Shown: positions 9,831 through 19,724, counted from the first letter of the stretch. The stretch is 64,000 nt of DNA from an uncultured Clostridia bacterium (GCA_944389655.1 CALXND010000001.1:954-64953), one strand, 5' to 3'. Notes: generated by a model from the letters alone, not told the origin. A program made the numbers and translations.

Positions 9831-10493
9831 TTAAAAGATTATTCCACTTCCATAATCGTGAATTTCTAACCCTTTAAAGTCTATTAAATTCAAATTGTAT
9901 TTTTTTAAGTGCTCACAAATTTTTTCTCTATTGTTTAATTTTGAACCATCTCCAAATAATACAAAGTTATTGTCAAATACTAATGTTGCGCCACCTATAA
10001 AGCCATGCATTTTTGATTCTTCTCCACTTTTTTGAAGCAATTTTATATTGTTCTCTTCTACATATAAAGCATCAATGCCATTGGCTCTTAATACTTTTTC
10101 TATTCCCTTATCTGATGTTATACATGAGTTACTACTTGTTATTGCTATTGAACATTTTACATAGCCTTGTTTTACTAAAATATTAGGTTTTATGCTTTTA
10201 TCTGTATAATCGCTTCCTATTATATTATTTCCTATTTGGCAACAATTATATTTAACATCTTTTGGATATTCTTTTCCTACATTTTCTTGCCCCATTTTAA
10301 AAGAACTATTTTTATATGGAGCATTTGGTGCTGATATAATTTTATTATTTATTTTGCAATAAAATATATCACTATGGCCAGATATTTCTTCGTACACATC
10401 ATCTGATAATGGTAATTTTACTATATTAAAGTGTTTACTTAAATAATTATATTCTTTTTCTCTTATTCGTGTGTCTATTATTAAATTATTCAC
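9831..10493 (-). CDS. Hypothetical protein, 220 aa
   Basis: Uninterrupted ORF ending 2 bp from the palindromic element. No confident family assignment. Confidence 0.5.
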   Translation of the reverse strand: MNNLIIDTRIREKEYNYLSKHFNIVKLPLSDDVYEEISGHSDIFYCKINNKIISAPNAPYKNSSFKMGQENVGKEYPKDVKYNCCQIGNNIIGSDYTDKSIKPNILVKQGYVKCSIAITSSNSCITSDKGIEKVLRANGIDALYVEENNIKLLQKSGEESKMHGFIGGATLVFDNNFVLFGDGSKLNNREKICEHLKKYNLNLIDFKGLEIHDYGSGIIF

Positions 10494-10565
10494 TTTTATC
10501 GTTCCTTTTCAAAGTATTAAATTCTTTTATCTTAAAAAATCCAGATACAAGTAAATTAAACAACA

Positions 10566-11240
10566 TTAAACTCCTGCATTTCCACTTAGCATAAGTCCAG
10601 CATACGCTGTTGAATATTCTGCTGTTATTTCTTTTACAATTTGTTTTTCTTCTTCCATTAAGTTTCGACCTAGATGAGACATTCTCTTATCTAATTTATG
10701 TGTCATTTTAGCACATTCTTTAAGTTCTTTTTTTACACCTTTTGGAATTTGTTTATTATATTTATAATTAATTTTGTGTTCTAAGCTTGCCCAAAAATCC
10801 ATCGCCATTGTTCTTATTTGAATTTCTACCTTTACCTCAATTGTTCCTACTGATAAACTTACAGGAACAGATAATATTAAGTGGTAACTAGAGTATCCAC
10901 TTTCCTTTGGTGTTGTAACATAATCTTTCTTTTTTAGTATGGTAAGATCTGGCATGTTTTCTAGCATTTCTACTATTTTAAATATATCTGGTATAAATGA
11001 GCATATTATCCTTATACCTGCAACATCATTAATAGTTTTTACTAAGTTTTCGTATGTTGGGTCTAAACCTTTCTTTTTTAGCTTTTTGTTAATACTTTCT
11101 TTGCTCTTAATTCTACTACTTACATGTTCTATTGGATTGTATTTATGTAGTGTTTTAAATTCGTTATTTATAATATCTATTTTTGTTTCCATTTGTTTTA
11201 ACGCAGCTGTATACATAAGTGTAAGTCTCTTATATTCCAT
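10566..11240 (-). CDS. relQ: Small alarmone synthetase (RelA/SpoT-domain GTP pyrophosphokinase, RelQ/YjbM-like), 224 aa
   Basis: Synthetase-domain motifs GIRIICSF, EIQIRTMAMDFWASLEHKINYKY and a C-terminal helix, at the size of single-domain SAS proteins. Confidence 0.8.
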   Translation of the reverse strand: MEYKRLTLMYTAALKQMETKIDIINNEFKTLHKYNPIEHVSSRIKSKESINKKLKKKGLDPTYENLVKTINDVAGIRIICSFIPDIFKIVEMLENMPDLTILKKKDYVTTPKESGYSSYHLILSVPVSLSVGTIEVKVEIQIRTMAMDFWASLEHKINYKYNKQIPKGVKKELKECAKMTHKLDKRMSHLGRNLMEEEKQIVKEITAEYSTAYAGLMLSGNAGV

Positions 11241-11403
11241 ATCTTCTTGCAGTTTATCTTCCTTTTTAACTACTATATCTTCTATGGCTAATCAACTCCC
11301 TTCGTATATATTTATACACCACTTTTATGTCCATTATGTGTAAATTTGCTGTTTATTTAAAGTTTTTATATTTTTTAATTCATGACTTATAAAGTTTTAT
11401 ACT

Positions 11404-11594
11404 AGTCATAGTTAATATATTTAAAATTTGTTTCAAATATGTCGGTCAAGATGATTTTCAAACTAATTCTAAAGAAATTTTTGCAGCGCCCTCAACAAAC
11501 TTGAGATTCCCTACAAAAATTTCTCAAGAATTAGTATTTTCAAATCACATTCCATTCCATATTCTCACAAATTTTAAATATATTAACTATGACT
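11404..11594. mobile_element. MITE-like element, copy 1 (191 bp, 27-bp perfect TIRs agtcatagttaatatatttaaaatttg / caaattttaaatatattaactatgact)
   Basis: Same element found at 28274..28469 (inverted orientation) and 60433..60622. It has a conserved GC-rich core, ttgcagcgccctca...gattccctacaaaaatttctcaagaattagta. Confidence 0.75.
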
Positions 11595-11631
11595 TTAGCT
11601 AAAGGAACTTTGTAAGTCGTGGATTTTAGTA

Positions 11632-12816
11632 TTAAAACGTATCTTCTAAATTTTTCTCTTTTAATTTATTGTTTGTGTTTTCTTCAATTATCGCATACAA
11701 AATTGAAACTACTGGAAGTCCTACAATCATACCCATTATGCCAAATAAGCTTCCTCCAATTGTAATTGCAACCAGCACCCAAATGCTTGGAAGACCAATA
11801 TTTTTTCCTACAACATGTGGATAAATTAGGTTTCCTTCTACTTGTTGAAGTACTATTATAAATAAAATAAATATTAATGCTTTAATTGGGTCGATTGCTA
11901 CTATTAGTACTGCACCAATAAATCCAGATATAAATGCTCCAACTATTGGAATAAATGCTGTTATTGCAGTAAGTGCTCCTATTGGCCCTGCATATGGAAT
12001 TCCTAAAATAAACATACCTATAGCACATAGTGAGCCTAGTATTACTGCTTCTTTTGCTTGCCCTGTTAAAAAGCTTCTAAATGAATCTCTAGCAAGTCTG
12101 CTAACTTTTATAATATAGTCTGCTTTTTCTTTTGTGCAACGCGCATATATAAATTTCTTTGCTTGCAATTTTAGATTTTCCTTATTTGCTAAAATATATA
12201 CTGCAAATATTATTGATATAAAGAAGTTTACAATATTTGATAATAGGCTAGATACTTGGTTTATTGTGATATTTAATACATCTTTAGATAAATTCATTAT
12301 TCCATTTTTTAATGCTTCTGTATCTATATGTATATTTTGTATAAAATTATTTATATCTGGAAATCTTTGCGTAATATCAATTGCAAAATTTTTGGCATCT
12401 TCTAAAAAATTTGGTATATTGCTTATTAAGTTTTTTATAACCTCTACAAATTGTGGAATTATTAATACTAAAATTATAGTTATTACAGCTATTATTGTAA
12501 TTATTGAAAGTGCTATAGAAAATGGTCTTTTTATTTTGTTTGTTCTTGTTACATTACTTTTTCCATCTGGTTTTACAGTTTTAGAGCTTTTATCGGCGTT
12601 TTTCTTTCTTGACTTGAATATTTTGTTTTCATATATGCTCATAAATATATTTAAAATAAATGCTATTGCTAATCCCCATATAAACGGAGAAATAATGTTT
12701 AGGAACTCTTTTACGCCTCCCCATACTGGACCAATGTTTAAAAGTGCTACTAATAAAACTATAGCTATTACAACAATTTTTATAATTTGCTTTGTATTTT
12801 CTTTATCTAGCTTCAT
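11632..12816 (-). CDS. AI-2E family transporter (PerM/UPF0118-type permease), 394 aa
   Basis: Polytopic membrane protein with the family's large cytoplasmic loop (KENLKLQAKKFIYARCTKEKADYIIKVSRLARDSFRSFLTGQAKEAVILG). Confidence 0.8.
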   Translation of the reverse strand: MKLDKENTKQIIKIVVIAIVLLVALLNIGPVWGGVKEFLNIISPFIWGLAIAFILNIFMSIYENKIFKSRKKNADKSSKTVKPDGKSNVTRTNKIKRPFSIALSIITIIAVITIILVLIIPQFVEVIKNLISNIPNFLEDAKNFAIDITQRFPDINNFIQNIHIDTEALKNGIMNLSKDVLNITINQVSSLLSNIVNFFISIIFAVYILANKENLKLQAKKFIYARCTKEKADYIIKVSRLARDSFRSFLTGQAKEAVILGSLCAIGMFILGIPYAGPIGALTAITAFIPIVGAFISGFIGAVLIVAIDPIKALIFILFIIVLQQVEGNLIYPHVVGKNIGLPSIWVLVAITIGGSLFGIMGMIVGLPVVSILYAIIEENTNNKLKEKNLEDTF

Positions 12817-12833
12817 AATCTACATACTCCTTT

Positions 12834-14276
12834 TTAATATATTCCTATTTTTTTCATATAATTAATATATGCATTATCTATATTTTTCCATGTTTCTATC
12901 TCATTTTCCAAGGCTTCTATGTTAAGATGTTGACCACTAACATCTTCGTAGTAATTAATAATACTTTTCTTAAATTCTATTGGGGTTCTACCAATAATTC
13001 TTGCAATATCATCATATTTATTACCAACGCCACCAAAACCAAAGTCTATAAACGCTGTTACTTTATTATTATCATCAATTAATATGTTACTGGAATTCAA
13101 GTCTCCGTGAACTAAACAAGTAGAATTCTCATTTTTTACATTATTTTTAAATTTCCAAAATTTCATATCTTCTTCACTAACATGACGTTTTAATAATTCA
13201 TCTAAGAAGTTTTTTAATTCTAAGTTCATATCATTTAGTGATATTTCATTTTTGGATATAATATTTTCGTATGCTGTTTTTAAATCTTTTTCACTAAAGT
13301 CTAATTTATGTAATTGATACATGAATTTAGCTACATCTTCTGATACATTATTAATTTCATTTTCAGTCAATTCATTCATTTTTTCAGCAAGTGTAACTCC
13401 TTCTATTTTCTTATGCATACTAAAAGGTCTGCCTTGCTTATCAAATTTAAGTTCTAGTTTTACCGTATTGTAATTTGTCTTTTCATAAATGTAATTTGAA
13501 AATATGTAATCTTTTATTATTGTTTTTGACCAAAATTCATCACGTGGAAATCTAAAAAAATATTCTCCATCAGGCGTTTTAGCATTATATACTATATTTG
13601 TCCAACCAGTAGATATTTTAGTAAGTCTATTAATTGTTTTTCTCACTAATACTTCTTTTATTATTTTTTCAAAATCGTCATTTTCTTCAAAATATATTTT
13701 TTTATCTATAGGAAACACGCTCCTTCTTTTTTCTTCTATCAGGATTTTTTTAACTAAATCTAAAATTTTATCTTCTGAATTCTTATCATAATTGTTGTAT
13801 ATTATATAGTCAAATTTATTTTTAAGTTTTTCGTTGCTTATTACATTGTTGTAATGTTCTTCCATTTCTAATAATCGTTCTTTTTCTTTTGACTTTTCCA
13901 AATTTCTTTCAGTAATTTTGGATTTTGCAATATCTATATCTTGTGGAAAAATATATATTGTCTTAATATCTGGTCGTACTTTTTTCCAATCATCTATTGT
14001 AGTATAGTGCATTTCAAAAACCATATTTTCTTTTGAATATATATCTTCACTAAGATATGCATATGTACCCCCAAAAACATCAAAAGAATATGCAATTTTA
14101 TTTTCGGCTTTTAATTTTTCTATTTCTTCTTTTGTCATAAATAAACCGTTTTTTTCTCCTGGTCTCTTTTTCCTGGTTCGTATTGTTCTTACTTTTTTAA
14201 ATCCTAATTTTTCTGATATTTTTTCTACATAGTATGATTTACCTACACATGTAATTCCAACTAGAGCAAGTAACAT
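12834..14276 (-). CDS. Fusion protein: N-terminal guanylate-kinase-like P-loop domain (GITCVGKS...RTIRTRKKRPGEKNG) plus C-terminal aminoglycoside/choline-kinase-type phosphotransferase domain (VHGDLNSSNILIDDNNKVTAFIDFGFGG)
   Basis: Motifs seen in the translation. Start is placed at MLLALVG with AAAGGAGG 5 nt upstream and a ggtataat -10 element; the track ORF starts 18 codons earlier. Confidence 0.65.
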   Translation of the reverse strand: MLLALVGITCVGKSYYVEKISEKLGFKKVRTIRTRKKRPGEKNGLFMTKEEIEKLKAENKIAYSFDVFGGTYAYLSEDIYSKENMVFEMHYTTIDDWKKVRPDIKTIYIFPQDIDIAKSKITERNLEKSKEKERLLEMEEHYNNVISNEKLKNKFDYIIYNNYDKNSEDKILDLVKKILIEEKRRSVFPIDKKIYFEENDDFEKIIKEVLVRKTINRLTKISTGWTNIVYNAKTPDGEYFFRFPRDEFWSKTIIKDYIFSNYIYEKTNYNTVKLELKFDKQGRPFSMHKKIEGVTLAEKMNELTENEINNVSEDVAKFMYQLHKLDFSEKDLKTAYENIISKNEISLNDMNLELKNFLDELLKRHVSEEDMKFWKFKNNVKNENSTCLVHGDLNSSNILIDDNNKVTAFIDFGFGGVGNKYDDIARIIGRTPIEFKKSIINYYEDVSGQHLNIEALENEIETWKNIDNAYINYMKKIGIY

Positions 14277-14394
14277 ATTTGCCTCCTTTGCTATATTTGC
14301 GATTATACCATATTGTATGTTAAATGGCAAATGTGTTCAAAATGCAATAAAAATCGCCAAAATTAGCTAATAAATAGTTTTATATTCTTCTGTA

Positions 14395-14631
14395 GACCAA
14401 AGCTGTATGGTTTTTATAAAATGTAGTAATTTTCATTTAAGCCAAATATTATATGATTTTTATTTTTGATTGGAGTGCTTAAGGTGGGGACCGACAAGTT
14501 TACAAACTGTTATACGAGGATATTTCCGAGTATTTACAGTTTGTACGCAGTTGGGGGCCGGAAATCAAAAATCAAAATTATATAATATTTGGCTTAATAA
14601 ACATATTTAATAGAACCATACAGCTTTGGTC
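14395..14631. repeat. Large nested palindromic element: 18-bp perfect outer IRs (gaccaaagctgtatggtt / aaccatacagctttggtc), ~70-bp near-perfect inner arms, ~90-bp GC-rich core (ggagtgcttaaggtggggacc...cagtttgtacgcagttgggggcc)
   Basis: Read from the sequence. The core is about 85% identical to the reverse complement of 30480..30575, and a partial arm copy occurs at 18499..18560. Confidence 0.8.
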
Positions 14632-14651
14632 GGCTTTTAAAGTTTTAACCA

Positions 14652-16952
14652 TTAAATAGCATCTCTTGTTAATCTCAAACTATTCAAAGTTACAGTAATG
14701 CTACTTAATGTCATTGCAATTGATGCAAGCATTGGGTTCATTGTTATTCCAGCAAAGTGAAATACTCCCATTGCAATTGGTATCATACAAACATTATAAA
14801 AGAATGCCCAAAATAGATTTTGTTTTATGTTTCTAACTGTTCTTTTGCTAATATTGATTAATTTATCTATTTTTTCCAAATTATCACTCATCAAAACCAC
14901 ATCACTGCTATCCATTGCTATATCTGTCCCACTGCCTACTGCTACTCCAATATCGGCAGTTACTAAACTTACACTATCATTAATTCCATCACCGCACATC
15001 ATAACCATTCCTTGTTCTTTTAGGTGCTTTACTTGATTGGCTTTTTCTTTTGGTAATACATTTGCTATAACTTTATGTATTCCTACTTCATGTGCTATTA
15101 CATCTGCTGTTCTTTCATTATCTCCTGTAAGCATTACTACTTCTATATTTTTTGTTTGTAGTTTTTTTATTGCTTCTTTTGAATTTTCCTTTATTGTATC
15201 TTTAAGGCCAATTAGTGCTATTAATTTCTCGTTTTCTGCAACAAATATAATGCTATTGCCATTTGTCTCCAGTTCTTTTTCGTCTTCTAATGCAAAATCT
15301 ATTGCAATATTGTTTTGATTCATTAATTTATTGTTTCCTACCAAATAACTATTTCCATTATATTTTGCTTTAATTCCATAGCCTGCTATATTCTTAAATT
15401 CTTCTACATTTTCTGGCTCTATATTTTTTTCTTTAGCATAGTTTACTACACCTCTTGCTATTGGATGTTCTGATTTGTTCTCTATGCTTGCTACTATTTT
15501 TATTATTTTTGCATTTTCTACACTTAATACTCCATTTTCTGTGTTTTGTTCTACCTCTGCTTCCTCGACTTGCTTTCTTTCTGCTTCTGTGTCTATTTTT
15601 GCTTTATTTTCGTCTTCTAAATAATTGTATATCTTACTTACACTTAATTTACCTTGTGTAATTGTTCCTGTTTTATCAAAGACTACTATTTTAGCCTTGT
15701 GCGCATTTTCTAGGCTTTCACTATTTTTTATTAGTATTCCGTTTTTACTTGCTAAACCAGATGATGCAACTATTGCAAGTGGCGTGGCCAATCCCAAACT
15801 GCATGGGCAAGCAACTACAAGTACTGTTATTAAAACATTAATTGAAAACGCAATATCTCTTCCAATTATTAACCATACACATGCAGCAAGAATTGCTAAA
15901 ATAATTATTGCCGGAACAAAATATCCGCTTATCTTATCTGCTATTTTGGCGATAGGAGCTTTTGTATTTGTAGCTTCCACTACCATCTTTACAATTTCTG
16001 ATACTGTAGAATCTCTTCCTATTTTTTCTGCTTTATACTTTATCCATCCCTCATAATTAATACTTCCTGCAATTACTTTGTTTCCTACTTCCTTTTTGGC
16101 AGGGATACTTTCCCCTGTGATAAATGCTTCATTTATGTGTGTTACGCCTTCTATTACTTCGCCATCTACTGCTATTTTTTCTCCTGGTTTACAAACCACA
16201 ATATCTCCTTTTGATATTTCGTCTAGTGTTACTTGCTTTTCTTTTCCATCTTTTATTACTGTAGCTTTATTAGGTGTTATAAGCATTAGGCTTTGTATTG
16301 CTTCTTTGGTTTTATCTTTATTTCTATTTTCTACATATCTTCCAATATTTATAAAGAATAGTATAATTACAACAGATTCATAATACAGTCTTTCTACATA
16401 TTCATGGCTTCCTCTTATTATCATATATGTACCATATACGCTATATAAAAAGCTACTTAATACTCCAAGCATAACTAGTGTGTCCATGTTGGCGGTTTTG
16501 TGTATAAGATTTTTATATCCATTTTTTAGAATATCTCTTCCAAGATACATAGCAAAAGCGCTAAACAATGCTAGTATAACCGTATAATTAATTGGGTTTG
16601 TGTGCATACTGAATACAGGTATTTCTGGAAGACCTATCATATGAGCCATAGCAATATATAATGTTAAAATTGCTATTGCCGTAAAAATCCACAATTTGTA
16701 TTTTCCTCTAGATTTTTTCTTTTCTTCTTTTTCTAATTTATCAATTCCTAAACTTTCAAATCCAGCTTTTGCAACAAACTTTTCTATTTGCCCTACATCT
16801 AGTTTGTTTTCGTCATATTCTATACTAGCATTATTCATAACTAAATTCACACTGGCATTTAGTATTCCGTCTTGTTTGTTTAAGTATTTTTCTAAACCAC
16901 TTGAACAAGCACTGCATGTCATTCCATCTATTTTTAATAATACTTTTTTCAT
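14652..16952 (-). CDS. copA: Copper-translocating P1B-type ATPase (CopA), 766 aa
   Basis: N-terminal HMA domain GMTCSACS, membrane CPC motif (ACPCSLGLATP), DKTGT phosphorylation site and the GDGINDS hinge. Confidence 0.9.
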   Translation of the reverse strand: MKKVLLKIDGMTCSACSSGLEKYLNKQDGILNASVNLVMNNASIEYDENKLDVGQIEKFVAKAGFESLGIDKLEKEEKKKSRGKYKLWIFTAIAILTLYIAMAHMIGLPEIPVFSMHTNPINYTVILALFSAFAMYLGRDILKNGYKNLIHKTANMDTLVMLGVLSSFLYSVYGTYMIIRGSHEYVERLYYESVVIILFFINIGRYVENRNKDKTKEAIQSLMLITPNKATVIKDGKEKQVTLDEISKGDIVVCKPGEKIAVDGEVIEGVTHINEAFITGESIPAKKEVGNKVIAGSINYEGWIKYKAEKIGRDSTVSEIVKMVVEATNTKAPIAKIADKISGYFVPAIIILAILAACVWLIIGRDIAFSINVLITVLVVACPCSLGLATPLAIVASSGLASKNGILIKNSESLENAHKAKIVVFDKTGTITQGKLSVSKIYNYLEDENKAKIDTEAERKQVEEAEVEQNTENGVLSVENAKIIKIVASIENKSEHPIARGVVNYAKEKNIEPENVEEFKNIAGYGIKAKYNGNSYLVGNNKLMNQNNIAIDFALEDEKELETNGNSIIFVAENEKLIALIGLKDTIKENSKEAIKKLQTKNIEVVMLTGDNERTADVIAHEVGIHKVIANVLPKEKANQVKHLKEQGMVMMCGDGINDSVSLVTADIGVAVGSGTDIAMDSSDVVLMSDNLEKIDKLINISKRTVRNIKQNLFWAFFYNVCMIPIAMGVFHFAGITMNPMLASIAMTLSSITVTLNSLRLTRDAI

Positions 16953-17060
16953 TTATATTTAGCCTCCTTTCGTGTTAATTAAATTTATATGTTTACTTAA
17001 CATTATCCTTTCAGCATAGAGATTTACAACTGACTTATGTAATTATTAAAAGTAATTTTC

Positions 17061-17267
17061 TTATTCTGCTTCAAAGCCTGCATCTTCTACTGCTTCTTTT
17101 ATTTCGTCTATGCTTATTTGTTCTTCATTATACTTTATTTCTGCATTTGCACTTTCTAAACTTACATGTGCTTCTTCTATTCCATCTTGATTATTTAGCA
17201 CCTTTTCTAATCTTGTACTACAGCTTGTACAATGCATTCCTTTTATTTTTAAAACTATATTTTCCAT
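17061..17267 (-). CDS. copZ: Copper chaperone CopZ (HMA domain), 68 aa
   Basis: MENIVLKIKGMHCTSCSTRLEKVL with GGAGG 6 nt upstream. The longer track ORF (MRKWGQTPFAQ...) is a read-through of the palindromic repeat. Confidence 0.85.
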   Translation of the reverse strand: MENIVLKIKGMHCTSCSTRLEKVLNNQDGIEEAHVSLESANAEIKYNEEQISIDEIKEAVEDAGFEAE

Positions 17268-17311
17268 TTTTACCTCCATTCGAGCTGATTTAGCTCCTTT
17301 ACCTAATAACC

Positions 17312-17346
17312 TTTGCGCAAATGGGGTCTGACCCCATTTGCGCAAA
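17312..17346. repeat. GC-rich palindrome copy (tttgcgcaaatggggtctgaccccatttgcgcaaa)
   Basis: Perfect 35-bp palindrome between the flavodoxin-like gene end and the copZ start. Likely terminator hairpin on either strand. Confidence 0.9.
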
Positions 17347-17348
17347 TA

Positions 17349-17984
17349 CTATCTAATGAAATTTGTTAAATTTACTTTTTCTTGTTCTGGTGGATTTATT
17401 CCTTTTTCTTTTCCTGCTTCAATACATTTTAAATAGTATGCCATATTTTTTCCAAGTATTCTCATTATTTGCATTCCTTCTTCATCTTTTCTTACATCTT
17501 CTGGAGTTGCTCCATGTACCATATTCCAGTATCTTGAAGATATAATTGGCATTTGAGTTATTCCAAAGTATTTGTTTAATTGGTCATATGTAGCAGTTGT
17601 TCCAGCTCTTCTTGCAGATATAACTGTAGCAGCTGGTTTAAACAAAAACCTATCAATTTTTCCACCATTTGAAGCGGAATAAAACACTCTGTCCATAAAA
17701 GATGTAATTGCTCCTGTTGCTCCTGCATAATGTACTGGACTTCCAAATATAAATCCATCTGCTTCTTTAGCTTTTTCTACAAATTCATTTACTACATCGT
17801 CGAATACACATTTTCCTGTTTTGCTACATGTTTTACAGGCAATGCAACCTGCAATTGGTTTATTTCCTACCCAGAAAATTTCTGTATCTATACCCTCTTC
17901 ATTTAAAGCTTTAGATACTTCTTTCAAAGCTGTGTATGTACATCCTTCCTTATGTGGTCCCCCATTGACTAATAAAACTTTCAT
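17349..17984 (-). CDS. Flavodoxin-like fold iron-sulfur flavoprotein (NADPH-dependent FMN reductase-like), 211 aa
   Basis: MKVLLVNGGPHKEGCTYT N-terminus, a CIACKTCSKTGKC cysteine cluster and a GSPVHYAG FMN-binding-like motif. Confidence 0.7.
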   Translation of the reverse strand: MKVLLVNGGPHKEGCTYTALKEVSKALNEEGIDTEIFWVGNKPIAGCIACKTCSKTGKCVFDDVVNEFVEKAKEADGFIFGSPVHYAGATGAITSFMDRVFYSASNGGKIDRFLFKPAATVISARRAGTTATYDQLNKYFGITQMPIISSRYWNMVHGATPEDVRKDEEGMQIMRILGKNMAYYLKCIEAGKEKGINPPEQEKVNLTNFIR

Positions 17985-18614
17985 TTTGACTCCTTTCTTT
18001 AATCATTGATTACTTTTTTAGATTTTAATTTGCAATTCATTTTCTAGTATTAAATGAATTGCAATTGGTTACAGTATAATGGTTTTAGGACCAGCAAAGT
18101 ACAAAAAACTTGAAAAATATACATATACTTTGCTTTAATTTTGTTATTAAATACCACTATCCTGTAACTGCAATTATTTTTACCTTTTTAATTATATTTA
18201 TTAACCCTTGTATTAATGTTACAATTTATTGTTGAATTTTTCCTTTACAGTTATTATTTTAATGATTTAATTGCTTTTACAGTATTATATCAAATACAAT
18301 CAAATAACAACTTACAGTTACTATTTGCTACTGATGCGCTTAATTCAGATTTTCTTTCGCAACTTGATTTATCATATTAGCATAGTCTTTTAATTTTTCA
18401 TCTAACCTCGTTTGGCACTTTACAAATACTTTAACTAATTTGCTTACATCATCTGTAGTCTGTGCATAATATAATGCTTCTTTATATTCTTTATTGTACT
18501 CATTATCTTATTTGGCTTAATAAACATATTTATTAAAACCATACAGCTTTGGTCTATAGAAGAATATAAAACCATTATATTGTAACTGTTTTTCTATTAA
18601 AACTTTAATTCGTA

Positions 18615-19724
18615 TTATAATTTAATTACTTTCTCCCAAGATAAGTTTGGCTTTCCAAAATGACCATAATTTGTTGTTTTTGTATAAATCGGTTCTTTTA
18701 AATTTAAATACTCTATAATGCCACTTGGAGTTAAATTAAAGTTTTCTTTAATTAGTATTACTAATTCTTCCTCTGTCTTTGTTCCTGTTCCAAATGTATT
18801 TATATAAATAGACAAAGGTTCTTCCATTCCTATAGCATATGATACTTGTATTTCACATTTTTTTGCATAACCATTTGCAACTATATTTTTTGCTATATGA
18901 CGAAGCATATATGTCGCACTACGATCAACTTTGCTAGCATCTTTTCCAGAAAAAGCCCCTCCTCCATGCCTAGCGTATCCACCATATGTATCTACTATTA
19001 TTTTTCTACCAGTAAGCCCAGTGTCTCCAAGTGGTCCACCAATTACAAACCTACCTGTTGGATTTATATAGATTTTTGTATTTTCGTCCATCATTTCTTT
19101 TGGTACAATAATGTCTATTATGTTTGTAATAACATCTTTCTTTAATACTTCTTGACTTACTTCTGCATTATGCTGTGTGGAAATTAATATTGTTTCTATT
19201 CTTTTTGGAATTTCGTTTTCGTATTCTACTGTTACTTGAACTTTTCCATCTGGCCTTAAATATGGTATTATTCCTTCTTTACGCACATCTGACAGCCTTT
19301 TAGATAGTTTATGTGCCATATCTATTGCATATGGCATATAGTTTTCTGTTTCGTCTGAAGCATAACCAAACATAATACCTTGGTCTCCTGCTCCACCAAT
19401 ATCTACCCCCATTGCAATGTCTGCACTTTGCTTTGTGATATTTACATCTATTTTACATGTTCTATAGTCCATATCTAATTTAGCATTATCATATCCGATT
19501 TGTTTAATTGTTCTTCTTACTAGTTCTTCTACATTTATTTGTGCATTAGCACTTACTTGTCCTGCAATTGTAACAGTATTGCCTGAGACAAAGGTCTCCA
19601 CTGCTACTCTAGCATTTTTATCTTGTTTTAAGTATTCATCCAGTATGCTATCTGAAATTAGGTCTGCTAATTTGTCTGGATGTCCTTCCGTTACACTCTC
19701 TGATGTAAAAAAATATTTATTCAT
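18615..19724 (-). CDS. metK: S-adenosylmethionine synthetase (MetK), 369 aa
   Basis: N-terminal [18 protein letters not shown] and the C-terminal GGGAFSGKD and [17 protein letters not shown] motifs. Confidence 0.95.
   Translation of the reverse strand: MNKYFFTSESVTEGHPDKLADLISDSILDEYLKQDKNARVAVETFVSGNTVTIAGQVSANAQINVEELVRRTIKQIGYDNAKLDMDYRTCKIDVNITKQSADIAMGVDIGGAGDQGIMFGYASDETENYMPYAIDMAHKLSKRLSDVRKEGIIPYLRPDGKVQVTVEYENEIPKRIETILISTQHNAEVSQEVLKKDVITNIIDIIVPKEMMDENTKIYINPTGRFVIGGPLGDTGLTGRKIIVDTYGGYARHGGGAFSGKDASKVDRSATYMLRHIAKNIVANGYAKKCEIQVSYAIGMEEPLSIYINTFGTGTKTEEELVILIKENFNLTPSGIIEYLNLKEPIYTKTTNYGHFGKPNLSWEKVIKL

Noticed and set aside
10566-11240. Toxic small alarmone synthetase (toxSAS) toxin-antitoxin module
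   Set aside because: The architecture, with synthetase domain plus C-terminal oligomerisation helix at ~220 aa, matches housekeeping RelQ/YjbM. There is no small adjacent antitoxin ORF.
11404-11594. MITE copies as conserved cis-regulatory RNA (riboswitch or leader) elements
   Set aside because: They occur in both orientations relative to the flanking co-directional genes and are bounded by perfect terminal inverted repeats, which fits a mobile element.
17268-17345. N-terminal extensions of track ORFs (copZ MRKWGQTPFAQ..., permease MRRGRSKG..., 25698 gene MRKRTKEREH...)
   Set aside because: The extensions are read-through of palindromic repeats. Internal ATGs with proper Shine-Dalgarno sequences give the homologous protein starts.
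17268-17348. GC-rich palindrome upstream of copZ as a CsoR-type copper operator
   Set aside because: The identical palindrome occurs at many unrelated gene ends in the window, so it is a generic repeat or terminator. No CsoR or CopY gene is present.
18340-18500. Minus-strand coding segment (…DDVSKLVKVFVKCQTRLDEKLKDYANMINQVAKENLN*)
   Set aside because: The open frame has no plausible start: the only Met is 11 codons from the end, and it is bounded upstream by a stop inside a partial repeat copy. It is probably a remnant of a gene truncated by repeat insertion.
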